A stretch of DNA of 46,992 bases, from contig DASWVL010000332.1 in NCBI GenBank assembly GCA_036406255.1, positions 1-46,992 of the forward strand. The letters are read 5' to 3'. This DNA is from Zeimonas sp. Its GTDB lineage: Bacteria; Pseudomonadota; Gammaproteobacteria; Burkholderiales; Burkholderiaceae_E. Positions 1 through 9,563 of the stretch are shown piece after piece. The position numbers were made by a program, and so were the translations under genes. Each line of letters starts with the position of its first letter. Position 1 is the stretch's first letter. Under the pieces are notes generated by a model, which was not told the origin of the DNA, made no database searches, and saw nothing but the letters and a program-made list of their open reading frames with translations.

Positions 1-2
1 TC

Positions 3-962
3 GCCGTCGGTGCCGCGGGTGCGGCCGCCCGGGTGCTTCCGGTTCGCGCGCAGGCGGTCGAGCTGAAGCTCGGCCACGTCGGCGAGCCCGGGTCGCTGTT
101 CCAGATGTCGGCCGACGAGTTCGCGCGGCGCGCCAACGAGAAGCTGGGCGGCAAGGCGAAGGTCGTCGTCTACGGCTCGAGCCAGCTCGGCGGCGACAAG
201 GAGATGCTGCAGAAGCTCAAGCTCGGCACCATCGACCTGGCGGTGCCGTCCACGGTGATGAGCAGCGAGGTCGACCTGTTCGGCATCTTCGAGATGCCGT
301 ACCTGGTGAAGGACCGCGCGCACATGGGCCGAATCGAGAAGGAGATCTTCTGGCCGCAGATCGAGCCCGCCGCCGAGAAGAAGGGCCTGAAGATCATCGG
401 CGTGTGGGAAAACGGCTACCGCCACATCACGAACAACCGCGGGCCGATCAACACCCCGCAGGACCTGCAGGGGATCAAGCTGCGCGTGCCCGAGGGCAAG
501 TGGCGCGTGGCGATGTTCAAGGCCTACGGCGCGAACCCCAGTCCGATGAAGTTTTCCGAGTTGTTCACCGCGCTGCAGACCGGCGTGATGGACGGGCAGG
601 AGAACCCGCTCACGCAGATCTACAGCGCCAAGCTGCAGGAAGTGCAGAAGTTCCTGTCGATGTCCGGGCACGTCTACACGCCGGCGTACGTCACCGTCGG
701 CACCCGCAAGTGGAACACGCTGCCCGAAGACGTGCGCCGTACGCTCGAGGAGACGGCAAAAGCCACGCAGGCCTACGTCTACGAAGTCGCGCAGAAGCAG
801 GAGGGCGAACTGCTCGGCAAGCTGAAGGAGGCCGGCATGCAGGTCAACGAGGTCGACAAGAAGGCGTTCATCGCGGCGAGCAAGCCGGTGTACGCCGAGT
901 TCGGCGAGTCGGTGAAGGGCGCCGACGCGATGATCGACACGGCGATTTCGCTCGGCGCCTGA
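3..962 (+). CDS. dctP: TRAP transporter substrate-binding protein (DctP family), 5'-truncated by window edge
   Basis: Frame is open from base 3 (AVGAAGAAARVLPVRAQA, signal-peptide tail). DctP motifs SSQLGGDKEM, ENGYRHIT, DLQGIKLRVP, LQTGVMDGQENP. Followed by dctQ and dctM. Confidence 0.95.
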   Translation, partial: AVGAAGAAARVLPVRAQAVELKLGHVGEPGSLFQMSADEFARRANEKLGGKAKVVVYGSSQLGGDKEMLQKLKLGTIDLAVPSTVMSSEVDLFGIFEMPYLVKDRAHMGRIEKEIFWPQIEPAAEKKGLKIIGVWENGYRHITNNRGPINTPQDLQGIKLRVPEGKWRVAMFKAYGANPSPMKFSELFTALQTGVMDGQENPLTQIYSAKLQEVQKFLSMSGHVYTPAYVTVGTRKWNTLPEDVRRTLEETAKATQAYVYEVAQKQEGELLGKLKEAGMQVNEVDKKAFIAASKPVYAEFGESVKGADAMIDTAISLGA

Positions 963-1019
963 CGCGCTCGGGCGGGGCGAATCGGCGGCAGGGGCGACCA
1001 CAAGGGCGGGCACGGCGCG

Positions 1020-1541
1020 ATGGCGGCTTTTCGCAAGATCTACGAAAGAATCCTCGAGTGGCTGGTCATCGTGCTGATGGTCGCGATGGCGGTCGAAGTC
1101 ACGGTCGGCGTCGTGTTCCGCACCGTCGGGGCGTCGCTGGTCTGGTACGACGAGGTCGCGTCGATCCTGCTCGCCTGGCTGACCTTCTACGGGTCGGCCT
1201 ACGCGGCGGCGAAGCGCAGCCACATCACCTGCCCGGAACTGGTCGCGATGATGCCGCCCGGTCCCCGCCTGCTCGTCACGATTCTCGTCGAGGCGCTCGT
1301 GATCGGATTCTTCGCACTGCTCGGCTGGATCGGCTGGGAGGTGCTCGACGTGCTCGCCACCGACACGCTGGTGAGCCTGCCGTCGATCCCGGTCTCGTGG
1401 GTGCAGTCGGTGATTCCGATCTCGTCGGCGCTCATCATCGTCGCGGAGCTGATCACGCTGCCCGAAGCGCTCGCATGGGCGCGCGCGGAGCACGCGGAGG
1501 GCGCGACCGCCGAAACGGCCATCCACGAAGCCGCGCACTGA
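1020..1541 (+). CDS. dctQ: TRAP transporter small permease (DctQ family)
   Basis: 173 aa, about 4 TM segments, VVFR...W.DEVA..LL.W..F.G motif; lies between dctP and dctM. Confidence 0.93.
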   Translation: MAAFRKIYERILEWLVIVLMVAMAVEVTVGVVFRTVGASLVWYDEVASILLAWLTFYGSAYAAAKRSHITCPELVAMMPPGPRLLVTILVEALVIGFFALLGWIGWEVLDVLATDTLVSLPSIPVSWVQSVIPISSALIIVAELITLPEALAWARAEHAEGATAETAIHEAAH

Positions 1542-1585
1542 ACCCGCGCGTCGGCGCTTTTCCACCGGCGAAGGAAGCGTTCCGA

Positions 1586-2869
1586 ATGCAGATGCTCTTC
1601 CTGTTCGGCAGCGTGCTCGCGCTCGTCCTGATCAACGTGCCGATCGCGGTTGCGCTCGGCGTCGTCGCGATCGCGGCGATCTGGACCGTACAGGGCGCGG
1701 GTTCGCTGCCGAACCTTCCGATCGTGCTGTACAACGCCGCGACGAACTTTCCGCTGCTGGCGATTCCGCTGTTCATCCTGGCCGGCGCGATCATGAACGC
1801 GTCGGGCATCTCGACCCGCCTGATCGCGTTCGCCTCGGCCGTGCTCGGTTTCATCCGCGGCGGCCTGGCGATGGTCTCGATCGGCGCGTCGCTGTTCTTC
1901 GCCGAGATCTCCGGCTCGGCGGTGGCAGACGTCGCCGCGCTCGGTTCCATCACGATTCCGGCGATGAAGAAGAAGGGCTACCCGCGGGCGCTGGCGGCGG
2001 CGGTGATGTCGTCGTCGGCAACGCTCGCGGTGATCATCCCGCCGTCGATCCCGATGATCCTGTACGCGGTGATGGCCGAGACCTCGGTCGTGCAGCTGTT
2101 CGTCGCCGGCATCGTTCCCGGCGTCCTCGGCGGCGGCGGGCTGATGGGCGTGGCGTACTGGTTCGCGCGTCGCTACGACCTTCCGGTGGAGCAGCACTTT
2201 CGCTGGTCCGAGGTGCGGCGCACCGCGCGCGAGGCGTTCTGGGCGTTCACGCTGCCGATGATCATCCTCGGTGGAATCTTCGGCGGCTTCGTCACCGCCA
2301 CGGAAGGGGCGGCGCTCGCCGTGGTCGCCGCGCTCTTCATCGGGCTCGTCGTCTACCACGAACTCGATCTCGCGCACCTGAAGCAGGCGATCATCGAAGG
2401 CGGCAGCCAGACCGCGGTCGTCATGCTGCTCGTCGCGACCTCGGCGCTGCTCGGTGTCTATCTCACCGAGACGCGCGCGCCGCAGGAACTCGCGCGTGCC
2501 GTCACGGAACTCACGACGAACAAGTGGTTCGTGCTCGCTCTTCTGAACGTGCTGTTCCTGCTGCTCGGCATGTTCCTGCACTCGGCGGCGGCGATCATCC
2601 TGGTCGTTCCGGTCGTGATGCCGCTCGTGCACGCCGCCGGCATCGACCCGGTGCATTTCGGCCTGATCGTCACGATCAATCTCGGCATCGGGCAGCAGAC
2701 GCCGCCGGTGGCGAGCGTGCTGATGGTCGCCTGCTCGATCTCGAAGGCGGGCGTCTGGGAGGTCACGCGCACCAACGTGTATTTCATCGCCGTGCTGGTC
2801 GCCGTGCTGCTGCTCGTCACCTACGTGCCGGTCACCGGAATGGGCCTGGTCGAGTATTTCTATCGCTGA
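1586..2869 (+). CDS. dctM: TRAP transporter large permease (DctM family)
   Basis: ATG 1586 after AAGGA. Motifs LLAIPLFILAG, ISGSAVAD, IIPPSIPMI, DPVHFG, GQQTPPV. This is the C-terminal part of track ORF 404..2869. Confidence 0.95.
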   Translation: MQMLFLFGSVLALVLINVPIAVALGVVAIAAIWTVQGAGSLPNLPIVLYNAATNFPLLAIPLFILAGAIMNASGISTRLIAFASAVLGFIRGGLAMVSIGASLFFAEISGSAVADVAALGSITIPAMKKKGYPRALAAAVMSSSATLAVIIPPSIPMILYAVMAETSVVQLFVAGIVPGVLGGGGLMGVAYWFARRYDLPVEQHFRWSEVRRTAREAFWAFTLPMIILGGIFGGFVTATEGAALAVVAALFIGLVVYHELDLAHLKQAIIEGGSQTAVVMLLVATSALLGVYLTETRAPQELARAVTELTTNKWFVLALLNVLFLLLGMFLHSAAAIILVVPVVMPLVHAAGIDPVHFGLIVTINLGIGQQTPPVASVLMVACSISKAGVWEVTRTNVYFIAVLVAVLLLVTYVPVTGMGLVEYFYR

Positions 2870-2915
2870 GCCGGGCGTGGGGCGGTACCGCTTCCCGCAG
2901 GCAACAGGAGAACCG

Positions 2916-3695
2916 ATGTCCGAAACGATCCTCGTCGAGCGCGACGGCACGATCGCCACCGTCGTGCTGAATCGCCCGCACAAGCTCAATGCGCTCACAC
3001 GTTCGATGTGGCAGCGGCTCGGCGAGATGGTGCGAACGCTCTCCGACGACGATTCCGTGCGCTGCGTCGTCGTGCGCGGTGCCGGCGAACGCGCGTTCTC
3101 GCCCGGCAACGACATCGGCGAGTTCGAGACGATGCGCTCGAATCGCGAGCAGGCGATCGCCTACGGCGAAGTGATGCACGCCACTGCCGCCGCGATCGCC
3201 GCCTGCCGCCACCCGACGCTCGCGCAGATCCACGGGATCTGCGTCGGCGGCGGCCTGGAGATCGCCGCGCTGTGCGACCTGCGCATCTGCGGCGAGGGCA
3301 GCCGCTTCGGCGCGCCGATCAAGAACCTCGGTCTCGTGATGGCGTACCCGGAGATTGCGCCGCTGATCGAGCTGGCCGGCCGCTCCGTCGCGCTCGAACT
3401 GCTCTACGAAGGCCGCATCCTCGGCGCAGGCGAGGCGTACGAGAAGGGGCTCGTCAACCGCGTCGTCGCCGACGATCGCGTCGCCGACGAATGCCGTGAC
3501 ACGGCGCGGCGGATTGTCGAGGGCGCGCCGCTCGTCGCGCGCTGGCACAAGAAGTTCGCCCGCCGGCTCGCACAGGGTGCACCGCTGACCGAAGCCGAGC
3601 GGCTCGAGGCCTTCGACTGCTTCGACACCGAGGATTTCCGCACCGGCCATCGCGCGTTCCTGGCGAAGACGAAGCCCGTCTTCGAAGGCCGATGA
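2916..3695 (+). CDS. Enoyl-CoA hydratase/isomerase (crotonase) family protein
   Basis: ATG 2916 after CAGGAG. LNRPHKLNAL, AFSPGNDI, GGGLEIAALCDLRI, EDFRTG..AF..K.KP.FEGR. Confidence 0.92.
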   Translation: MSETILVERDGTIATVVLNRPHKLNALTRSMWQRLGEMVRTLSDDDSVRCVVVRGAGERAFSPGNDIGEFETMRSNREQAIAYGEVMHATAAAIAACRHPTLAQIHGICVGGGLEIAALCDLRICGEGSRFGAPIKNLGLVMAYPEIAPLIELAGRSVALELLYEGRILGAGEAYEKGLVNRVVADDRVADECRDTARRIVEGAPLVARWHKKFARRLAQGAPLTEAERLEAFDCFDTEDFRTGHRAFLAKTKPVFEGR

Positions 3696-4915
3696 CCAAC
3701 GGGAACTGCGCAGCGCGCGGTCCGCTGGCCGGGGTGAAGGTGCTCGAGCTTGCGCAGATCATGGCGGGACCGACCTGCGGGATGATGCTCGCCGATCTCG
3801 GCGCCGACGTGATCAAGGTCGAGAAGCTGCCGGGCGGCGACGATTCGCGCGGCTACAGCGAACCGCGCGTGAACGGCGAGTCGGCGCCGTACCTGATCCT
3901 GAATCGGGGCAAGCGCGGCATCGCGCTCGACCTGAAGCACCCGAAGGGCAAGGCGGTGCTCGAGCGCATGGTCGCCGACGCCGACGTGCTCACCGAGAAC
4001 TACCGGCGTGGCACCCTCGAACGCCTGGGGCTGGGCTACGAGCACCTGCGCAGCCTGAATCCCGGGCTCATCTACTGCGCGGTCTCGGGCTACGGCCGCA
4101 CCGGTCCCTGGGCCAACAAGGGCGGCTTCGACCTGATCGCGCAGGGCTTCGCCGGATTGATGTCGATCACCGGCGAGCCGGGCGGGGCGCCGGCGAAGTC
4201 CGGCACCCCGATCGCCGACATCAACGCGGGAATCCTCGCGGCGCTCGGCATCGTCGCCGCCTACGTGCACAAGCTGAGGACCGGAGAAGGGCAACTCGTC
4301 GAGACCTCGCTGATGGAGGCGGCGCTGCAGCAGACCTACTGGCACGCGGCGATCTTCTTCGCCACGGGGCGCTCGCCGGGCGCACTCGGCTCGGGCCACG
4401 TGCTCACCGCACCGTACCAGGCATTCCGCACCGCCGACGGCTACGTCAACGTCGGCGGCGCGAACCAGGCGAACTGGGAGCGCATCGCGCAGGTGCTCGG
4501 GCATCCCGAGTGGGTGCGCGATCCGCGCTTCGCGACGAACGACGACCGGATGCGCCACCGCGAGGCGCTCGTGGAGGCGATGGAGAGTGTGCTCGTCGCG
4601 CACGATCGCGCGCACTGGATCGCGGCCTTCGATGCGGCAGGGGTGCCGGCGGGTCCCGTGCATTCGATCGGCGAGGCGCTGACGCACGAGCAGGTGCTCG
4701 CGCGGGGGATGGTCGTCGAGGTCGACCACCCGCGCGCCGGTCCGACGCGCGCGATCGGTTTTCCGGTGAAGTTCGACGCAACCCCCGCATGCTGCGGATC
4801 GCGGGCGGCGCCGATGCTGGGACAGCACTCGCGCGAGGTGTTGCGCGAGTTCGGTTACCCGGAGCCGGAGATCGACGCGCTCGTTTCCGAGGGCGTCGTC
4901 GTCGCGGCCGATTGA
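3692..4915 (+). CDS. CaiB/BaiF family III CoA-transferase
   Basis: GPLAGVKVLEL, LADLGADVIKVE, NRGKR, ENYRRG, GGFDLIAQ (catalytic Asp). ATGA overlap with the crotonase gene. Confidence 0.95.
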   Translation: MTNGNCAARGPLAGVKVLELAQIMAGPTCGMMLADLGADVIKVEKLPGGDDSRGYSEPRVNGESAPYLILNRGKRGIALDLKHPKGKAVLERMVADADVLTENYRRGTLERLGLGYEHLRSLNPGLIYCAVSGYGRTGPWANKGGFDLIAQGFAGLMSITGEPGGAPAKSGTPIADINAGILAALGIVAAYVHKLRTGEGQLVETSLMEAALQQTYWHAAIFFATGRSPGALGSGHVLTAPYQAFRTADGYVNVGGANQANWERIAQVLGHPEWVRDPRFATNDDRMRHREALVEAMESVLVAHDRAHWIAAFDAAGVPAGPVHSIGEALTHEQVLARGMVVEVDHPRAGPTRAIGFPVKFDATPACCGSRAAPMLGQHSREVLREFGYPEPEIDALVSEGVVVAAD

Positions 4916-6603
4916 AGCGGCGTTCCGGCGGACTCCACCGCCGGGAAGAACAGGTGCACCGCGGTGCCGCTCCCTGTGCTCGATTCGATGCGCACTTCGC
5001 CGCCGAGCTGGCTCACGAAGCCGTACACCTGCGCCAGTCCGAGCCCCGTTCCCTCGCTGCCCTTCGTCGTGAAGAAGGGCTCGAACACGTGTGCGAGCAC
5101 CGTTTCGTCCATGCCCGCCCCGGAGTCGACGACGCTCACGCGTACCAGCGGCTGCGCGTCGTCGAGTTCCCATTCGCCCGCCCGCGTCGCGCCGACGCGG
5201 CCCGTCTGCACGGTGATCGTGCCGCGGCCGCGCGAATCGTCGATCGCGTCGCGCGCGTTCGCGACGAGATTGACCATCGCCGCGACGAACTGCGACTCGT
5301 CGGCCAGGCACGCGTCCGCCTTCTCGTCGAGCACCAGCTCGACGCGCGCCTGCCGGCCGGCGGCCTGGCGAAGCAGGTCGAGATGCCGCTGCAGCGTCGC
5401 GTTCGGATCGATCGGTCGCACGTCCAGTGCGCCGCGTCGCGCGAACAGCAGCAACTGGTCGATCAGCCGGCGCGCATTGCCCACCGCACGCTCGGAGGTT
5501 TCGAGCGCCTTGCGTACGCGGACGTCGGGCGGATGCAGCCGCTCGATGATCGCAAGATTGGTGCGAACGATTCCGAGCAGGTTCGCGAAGTCGTGCGCAA
5601 TGCCGCCGGTGAGCTGGCCGACCGCCTCGAGCCGCTCCGACTGTGCGATACGCACCTGCGCCCGCGCAGCGATCTGGCGCTTGCGGCGCAACTGCACGAC
5701 GAGCGAGACGAGCAGCGCGGTGAGTGCGGTCATCGCGAGCGTCGCGCCGAGGACCTCGCCGCGCCAGGCGGCGAGCAGCGACGGCGGCTCCTGCGTCAGC
5801 GTGACGACGAAAGGCGCCGTTCGCAGGCGTCGATAGCTCGTCATCCGGGCATGGAGCAGGCCGTCGCGGGTGATGAGCGTTCCCGCGGCCGCGTCCTCCA
5901 GGGCGGCGCCGAACACTTCTTCGCGCGTCGCCTTGCGACCGAGCGTGGAGTCGTCCGCCGGGTAGCGCGCGACGCGCGTGCGGTCCTCGTAGAACAGCTC
6001 GATGGTCTGCCCGGGACCGAGCTGCATGCTCTCGTACAGCTGCTGGAAATGCCGGGGAACGACCGCTGCCACCGCCACGCCGGCGAAGCGTCCGTCGACG
6101 ACGAGGCGACGCGTCACCGCGTTGAACCAGCCGAGCCCCGAGCGGCTGTACACGGGCGGCGAGGTCGCGCGTTCGAGCGTCGGCTCGTCGAGGTAGCGCC
6201 GGAAGTACTCGCGGTCGGCGAGCGACAGCCGGGGCGTGTCCGGCTGGTCGGTGTCGTTGCGGATGTAGCCGTCCGTGCCGACGATGAAGATCGCTCGCAC
6301 CGACGGGACTTCGCGCAGTCGCTCGCGCAGCAGCGCGAGGAACGCCGGATCGCCGTCCGGCGGCCTGAGCGCTTCGTACGCGTCGGTCACGCCACCGAGC
6401 ACGAGGTCCACCGCGTTGAACGCGCTCTCGGTGTGCGCCTGCATCAGCAGCGTGAGGGCGCTCGCGGTGGCCTCCGAGCGCGTCAGCTCGACGCGACGCT
6501 CGTGCAGGAGCAGCGAGACGACGAGTGCGGCAACGAGGAGCCACAGCAGTGCCGCGACGCCGACCGCGCTGCGCAGGTCGCTGCGTAGGTCCCCAATCGT
6601 CAT
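4855..6603 (-). CDS. Membrane sensor histidine kinase (Cache-like periplasmic domain, HisKA, HATPase; no receiver domain)
   Basis: Two TM segments flank a region with the Cache-like LADREYF motif. H-box GQLTGGIAHDFANLL, N-box NLVANARDA, FEPFFTTK, GTGLGL. Start could be up to 6645. Confidence 0.88.
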   Translation of the reverse strand: MTIGDLRSDLRSAVGVAALLWLLVAALVVSLLLHERRVELTRSEATASALTLLMQAHTESAFNAVDLVLGGVTDAYEALRPPDGDPAFLALLRERLREVPSVRAIFIVGTDGYIRNDTDQPDTPRLSLADREYFRRYLDEPTLERATSPPVYSRSGLGWFNAVTRRLVVDGRFAGVAVAAVVPRHFQQLYESMQLGPGQTIELFYEDRTRVARYPADDSTLGRKATREEVFGAALEDAAAGTLITRDGLLHARMTSYRRLRTAPFVVTLTQEPPSLLAAWRGEVLGATLAMTALTALLVSLVVQLRRKRQIAARAQVRIAQSERLEAVGQLTGGIAHDFANLLGIVRTNLAIIERLHPPDVRVRKALETSERAVGNARRLIDQLLLFARRGALDVRPIDPNATLQRHLDLLRQAAGRQARVELVLDEKADACLADESQFVAAMVNLVANARDAIDDSRGRGTITVQTGRVGATRAGEWELDDAQPLVRVSVVDSGAGMDETVLAHVFEPFFTTKGSEGTGLGLAQVYGFVSQLGGEVRIESSTGSGTAVHLFFPAVESAGTPLQSAATTTPSETSASISGSG

Positions 6604-6652
6604 GCCGACGATTTTGCCGCAAGGACCCGGCCGCTGCGTCATCATCCATTCC

Positions 6653-7519
6653 GTGTTCAGTTATCGTCACGCCTTCCACGCCGGCAATCACGCCGACGTC
6701 CTCAAGCACGTCGTGCTCGTCGCGCTGCTTGCGCACCTGCGGCGCAAGGACACGCCGTTCCTCGTCGTAGACACCCACGCGGGCGCCGGGATGTACGCGC
6801 TGAACGAGGGATGGGCCGCGCAGCGAGCCGAGTTCCGCGACGGAGTGGCCCGCCTGTGGGGCCGGTGCGACGCGCCCGAGGCCGTGGCCGCGTGGCTTGC
6901 GGCCGTCGCGCGGCACAACCCCGACGGCGTCCTGCGCAACTATCCCGGCTCGCCGATGCTCGCCTTCGATGCGCTGCGCGAGCAGGACCGTCTGCGCCTT
7001 TTCGAGCTGCACCCCGCCGAGCACCGCGTGCTCGAAGCGCGGTTCGCGCGATTCGATCGGGCGGTGGCGCGCCGCGTGCGGATCGAGAAGGTGGACGGAT
7101 TCGCCGGGCTGAAGGCCGTGTTGCCGCCCCTGTCGCGGCGCGCGCTGGTGCTCGTCGATCCATCGTACGAGGACAAGCGCGACTACACGCGTGTCGTCGG
7201 GGCGTTGCGTGAAGCACTGAGCCGCTTCGCCACCGGCTGCTACGCGATCTGGTATCCGCAGGTTCAGCGTCGCGAAGCGACGGCCCTCGTGCGCACGCTC
7301 GAGCACTGGCCCGGACTGCGCTCGCTGAACGTGACGCTTTCGGTGAGCCGTCCGTTGCCGGGCGGCTTCGGGCTGTACGGCAGCGGCGTCTTCGTCGTCA
7401 ATCCGCCGTTCGGGTTCGAGGCATCCATGCGCGCGAGCCTGCCGTACCTGGTCGACGCACTCGCGCTCGATCGGTCCGCCCGCTGGTGGCTACATGGCCA
7501 GGAGCGTCCGGTCAAGTGA
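6653..7519 (+). CDS. rlmJ: 23S rRNA (adenine(2030)-N6)-methyltransferase RlmJ
   Basis: GTG 6653 gives the diagnostic N-terminus (M)FSYRHAFHAGNHADVLKH; also DTHAGAG.Y, YPGSP, LFELHP, DPSYE, GSG.FVVNPP. Confidence 0.96.
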   Translation: MFSYRHAFHAGNHADVLKHVVLVALLAHLRRKDTPFLVVDTHAGAGMYALNEGWAAQRAEFRDGVARLWGRCDAPEAVAAWLAAVARHNPDGVLRNYPGSPMLAFDALREQDRLRLFELHPAEHRVLEARFARFDRAVARRVRIEKVDGFAGLKAVLPPLSRRALVLVDPSYEDKRDYTRVVGALREALSRFATGCYAIWYPQVQRREATALVRTLEHWPGLRSLNVTLSVSRPLPGGFGLYGSGVFVVNPPFGFEASMRASLPYLVDALALDRSARWWLHGQERPVK

Positions 7520-7610
7520 GTCGTCGGCATTGCCCGGGAGCCGTCCACGGCTTGCCGCAGCGCGCCGGGTAGCGCTTGTACAGTTACGCCTTTCGTTGCT
7601 TTCCAAGGCG

Positions 7611-9563
7611 ATGAGGATTCCCGCACCCGCCCTCGATGCGGCGGCGAGTGCGCTCGTCTGCGCGTGCGCGCTCTTCGCGTCGCCGGCGGCGGGCGACGAG
7701 CCGGCCCGATCCCCCGCGCAGCCGGCGGCGTCCGGGTCGACGCAGCCCGTCGAGCGCAGCCTCGTGCAGTTCAGTCTCGAGGAACTGCGCGACGTCGTCG
7801 TCGTGTCGGTCTCGCGCCGTCCCCAGTCGTTGCTGCGCACGCCGAGTTCCGTGTACGTGATCCCCGGCGAGGCGATCCGCCGGATGGGCATCACGACGCT
7901 GCCGGAGGCGCTGCGACTGGCGCCCACGCTGCAGGTCGCCGCGCTCGATGCGCGGCAGTACGCGATCAGCGCGCGCGGCTTCAACAGCAACATCGCGAAC
8001 AAGCTGCTCGTCATGGTCGACGGGCGAACGATCTATTCGCCGCTCTTCTCGGGCGTGTTCTGGGACGCCCAGGATTTCGTCGCGGCCGACGTCGAGCGCA
8101 TCGAGGTGATCACCGGCCCGGCGGGCGCCACCTGGGGAACGAACGCCGTCAACGGCGTCGTCAACGTCGTGACGAAGCCGGCGGCCGAGACGCAGGGGCT
8201 GTCGTTCTCGACCACGATGGGAAACGAGCAGCGCAGTTCGGTGGCGCGCTACGGCTGGCGCCTGGGGCCCGCCGCGAGCGCTCGCCTGCACGTGAAGACG
8301 TTCCGGCACGAACCGACGCTGCTGCGGGCGGGGGGCGACTTCGGCGACGCGATGCACGGGAACATGGCCGGTTTCCGCGCAGACTGGCTCCAGGGCGACA
8401 GCACGTGGCGGGTGAGCGCCGGCGTCTACGATGCCGAGACCGATTCCCGACCGGTCTTCGGCCCCGTGCGCACCTCCGGCGCGCATCTGCTCGCGCGCTG
8501 GCTGCGGCGCATCGGCAACGCGACCGAGTTCGACATGCGCGGCTACGTGGATCACAGCGAGCGCGAGGATCGTTTCCTGCTGCAGGACGACGCGACGCTG
8601 TACGACATCGACGCCAAGCTGCGCCACGTCGCCGCGAGGCATCGGTGGCTTGCCGGCGTCCAGTATCGACAGGGCCGCGACACTGCCGAGCCGGGCCTGG
8701 TCTTCGCTTTCCTGCCCCCCGAGCAGAGCCATGCCTGGTACAGCGCCTTCGTCCAGGACGAAGTCGCGCTGTCGCGTGCACTGGCGCTCACGCTCGGGCT
8801 GCGTTTCGAGCACAACCCGTACACGGGCTGGGAATCGCTGCCGAGCGTGCGGCTGGCCTACACGCTCGCCAATCGCGCGCTCGTCTGGGGCGCGCTGTCG
8901 CGTGCCGTGCGCTCTCCAGCGCGCCTCGATCGCGAGATCTTCACCCCGCCGCAACCGCCGTTCGTCGTCGCCGGCGGGCCGACCTTCCGTTCCGAAGTCG
9001 CCAACGTCGCCGAGATCGGCTATCGAGCCCAGTCGGGGCCGAATGTTTCGTGGTCGGTGAGCGCGTTCGTTCACGACTACGAGCGGCTGCGCAGCGCCCA
9101 GATCGTGAGCGGCACGGTCCGGATCGACAACCGCATCGAAGGCGACGTTCGCGGCCTGGAAGGCTGGGCCAACTGGCAACCGGCGCCCACCTGGCGCCTG
9201 TCCGCGGGGTTCCTCTTGCTCGACAAGAATCTGCGCCTGTCGCCGGGCAGCAACGATCCGATCGGTCCGAGCAGCCTGGGCAACGATCCGCGCTGGCAAT
9301 GGTCGCTGCGCTCGGCACATTCGCTCGGCGAGCAGGTGGACCTGCTGCTCGCGCTGCGCCGGGTTGGCGCACTCCCGCGCCCGCACGTTCCACCGTACAC
9401 CGCCGCCGACCTGCAACTGAACTGGAACGTCCGGCGCGACCTGCAGGTGTCGCTCGGCGTGCGCAACGCGTTCGACGCGCGACACGTCGAGTTCGACTCG
9501 GGAACCTTCACCGGAGAGATCCCGCGCAGCGTCCTGCTCTCGTTGACCTGGCAGCCGTCGTGA
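7611..9563 (+). CDS. TonB-dependent receptor (plug plus beta-barrel)
   Basis: Signal peptide, then SLEEL..VVVVSVSRR. Plug motifs LPEALRLAP, ISARGFN, KLLVMVDGR, ERIEVITGP....WGTNAVNGVVNVVTK. Amphipathic beta strands through to the C-terminus. Confidence 0.93.
   Translation: MRIPAPALDAAASALVCACALFASPAAGDEPARSPAQPAASGSTQPVERSLVQFSLEELRDVVVVSVSRRPQSLLRTPSSVYVIPGEAIRRMGITTLPEALRLAPTLQVAALDARQYAISARGFNSNIANKLLVMVDGRTIYSPLFSGVFWDAQDFVAADVERIEVITGPAGATWGTNAVNGVVNVVTKPAAETQGLSFSTTMGNEQRSSVARYGWRLGPAASARLHVKTFRHEPTLLRAGGDFGDAMHGNMAGFRADWLQGDSTWRVSAGVYDAETDSRPVFGPVRTSGAHLLARWLRRIGNATEFDMRGYVDHSEREDRFLLQDDATLYDIDAKLRHVAARHRWLAGVQYRQGRDTAEPGLVFAFLPPEQSHAWYSAFVQDEVALSRALALTLGLRFEHNPYTGWESLPSVRLAYTLANRALVWGALSRAVRSPARLDREIFTPPQPPFVVAGGPTFRSEVANVAEIGYRAQSGPNVSWSVSAFVHDYERLRSAQIVSGTVRIDNRIEGDVRGLEGWANWQPAPTWRLSAGFLLLDKNLRLSPGSNDPIGPSSLGNDPRWQWSLRSAHSLGEQVDLLLALRRVGALPRPHVPPYTAADLQLNWNVRRDLQVSLGVRNAFDARHVEFDSGTFTGEIPRSVLLSLTWQPS

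Noticed and set aside
404-1585. 821-aa track ORF suggesting an N-terminally extended DctM
   Set aside because: The first ~390 aa are Arg/Gly/Ala-rich off-frame translation of dctP and dctQ; the real start is ATG 1586 with an SD.
3404-7306. 1300-aa minus-strand ORF and other very long track ORFs (e.g. 28241..31417, 24794..27004, 35171..37132, 20027..21862)
   Set aside because: Shadow ORFs antisense or off-frame to well-supported genes; no motifs, and expected in stop-poor GC-rich DNA.
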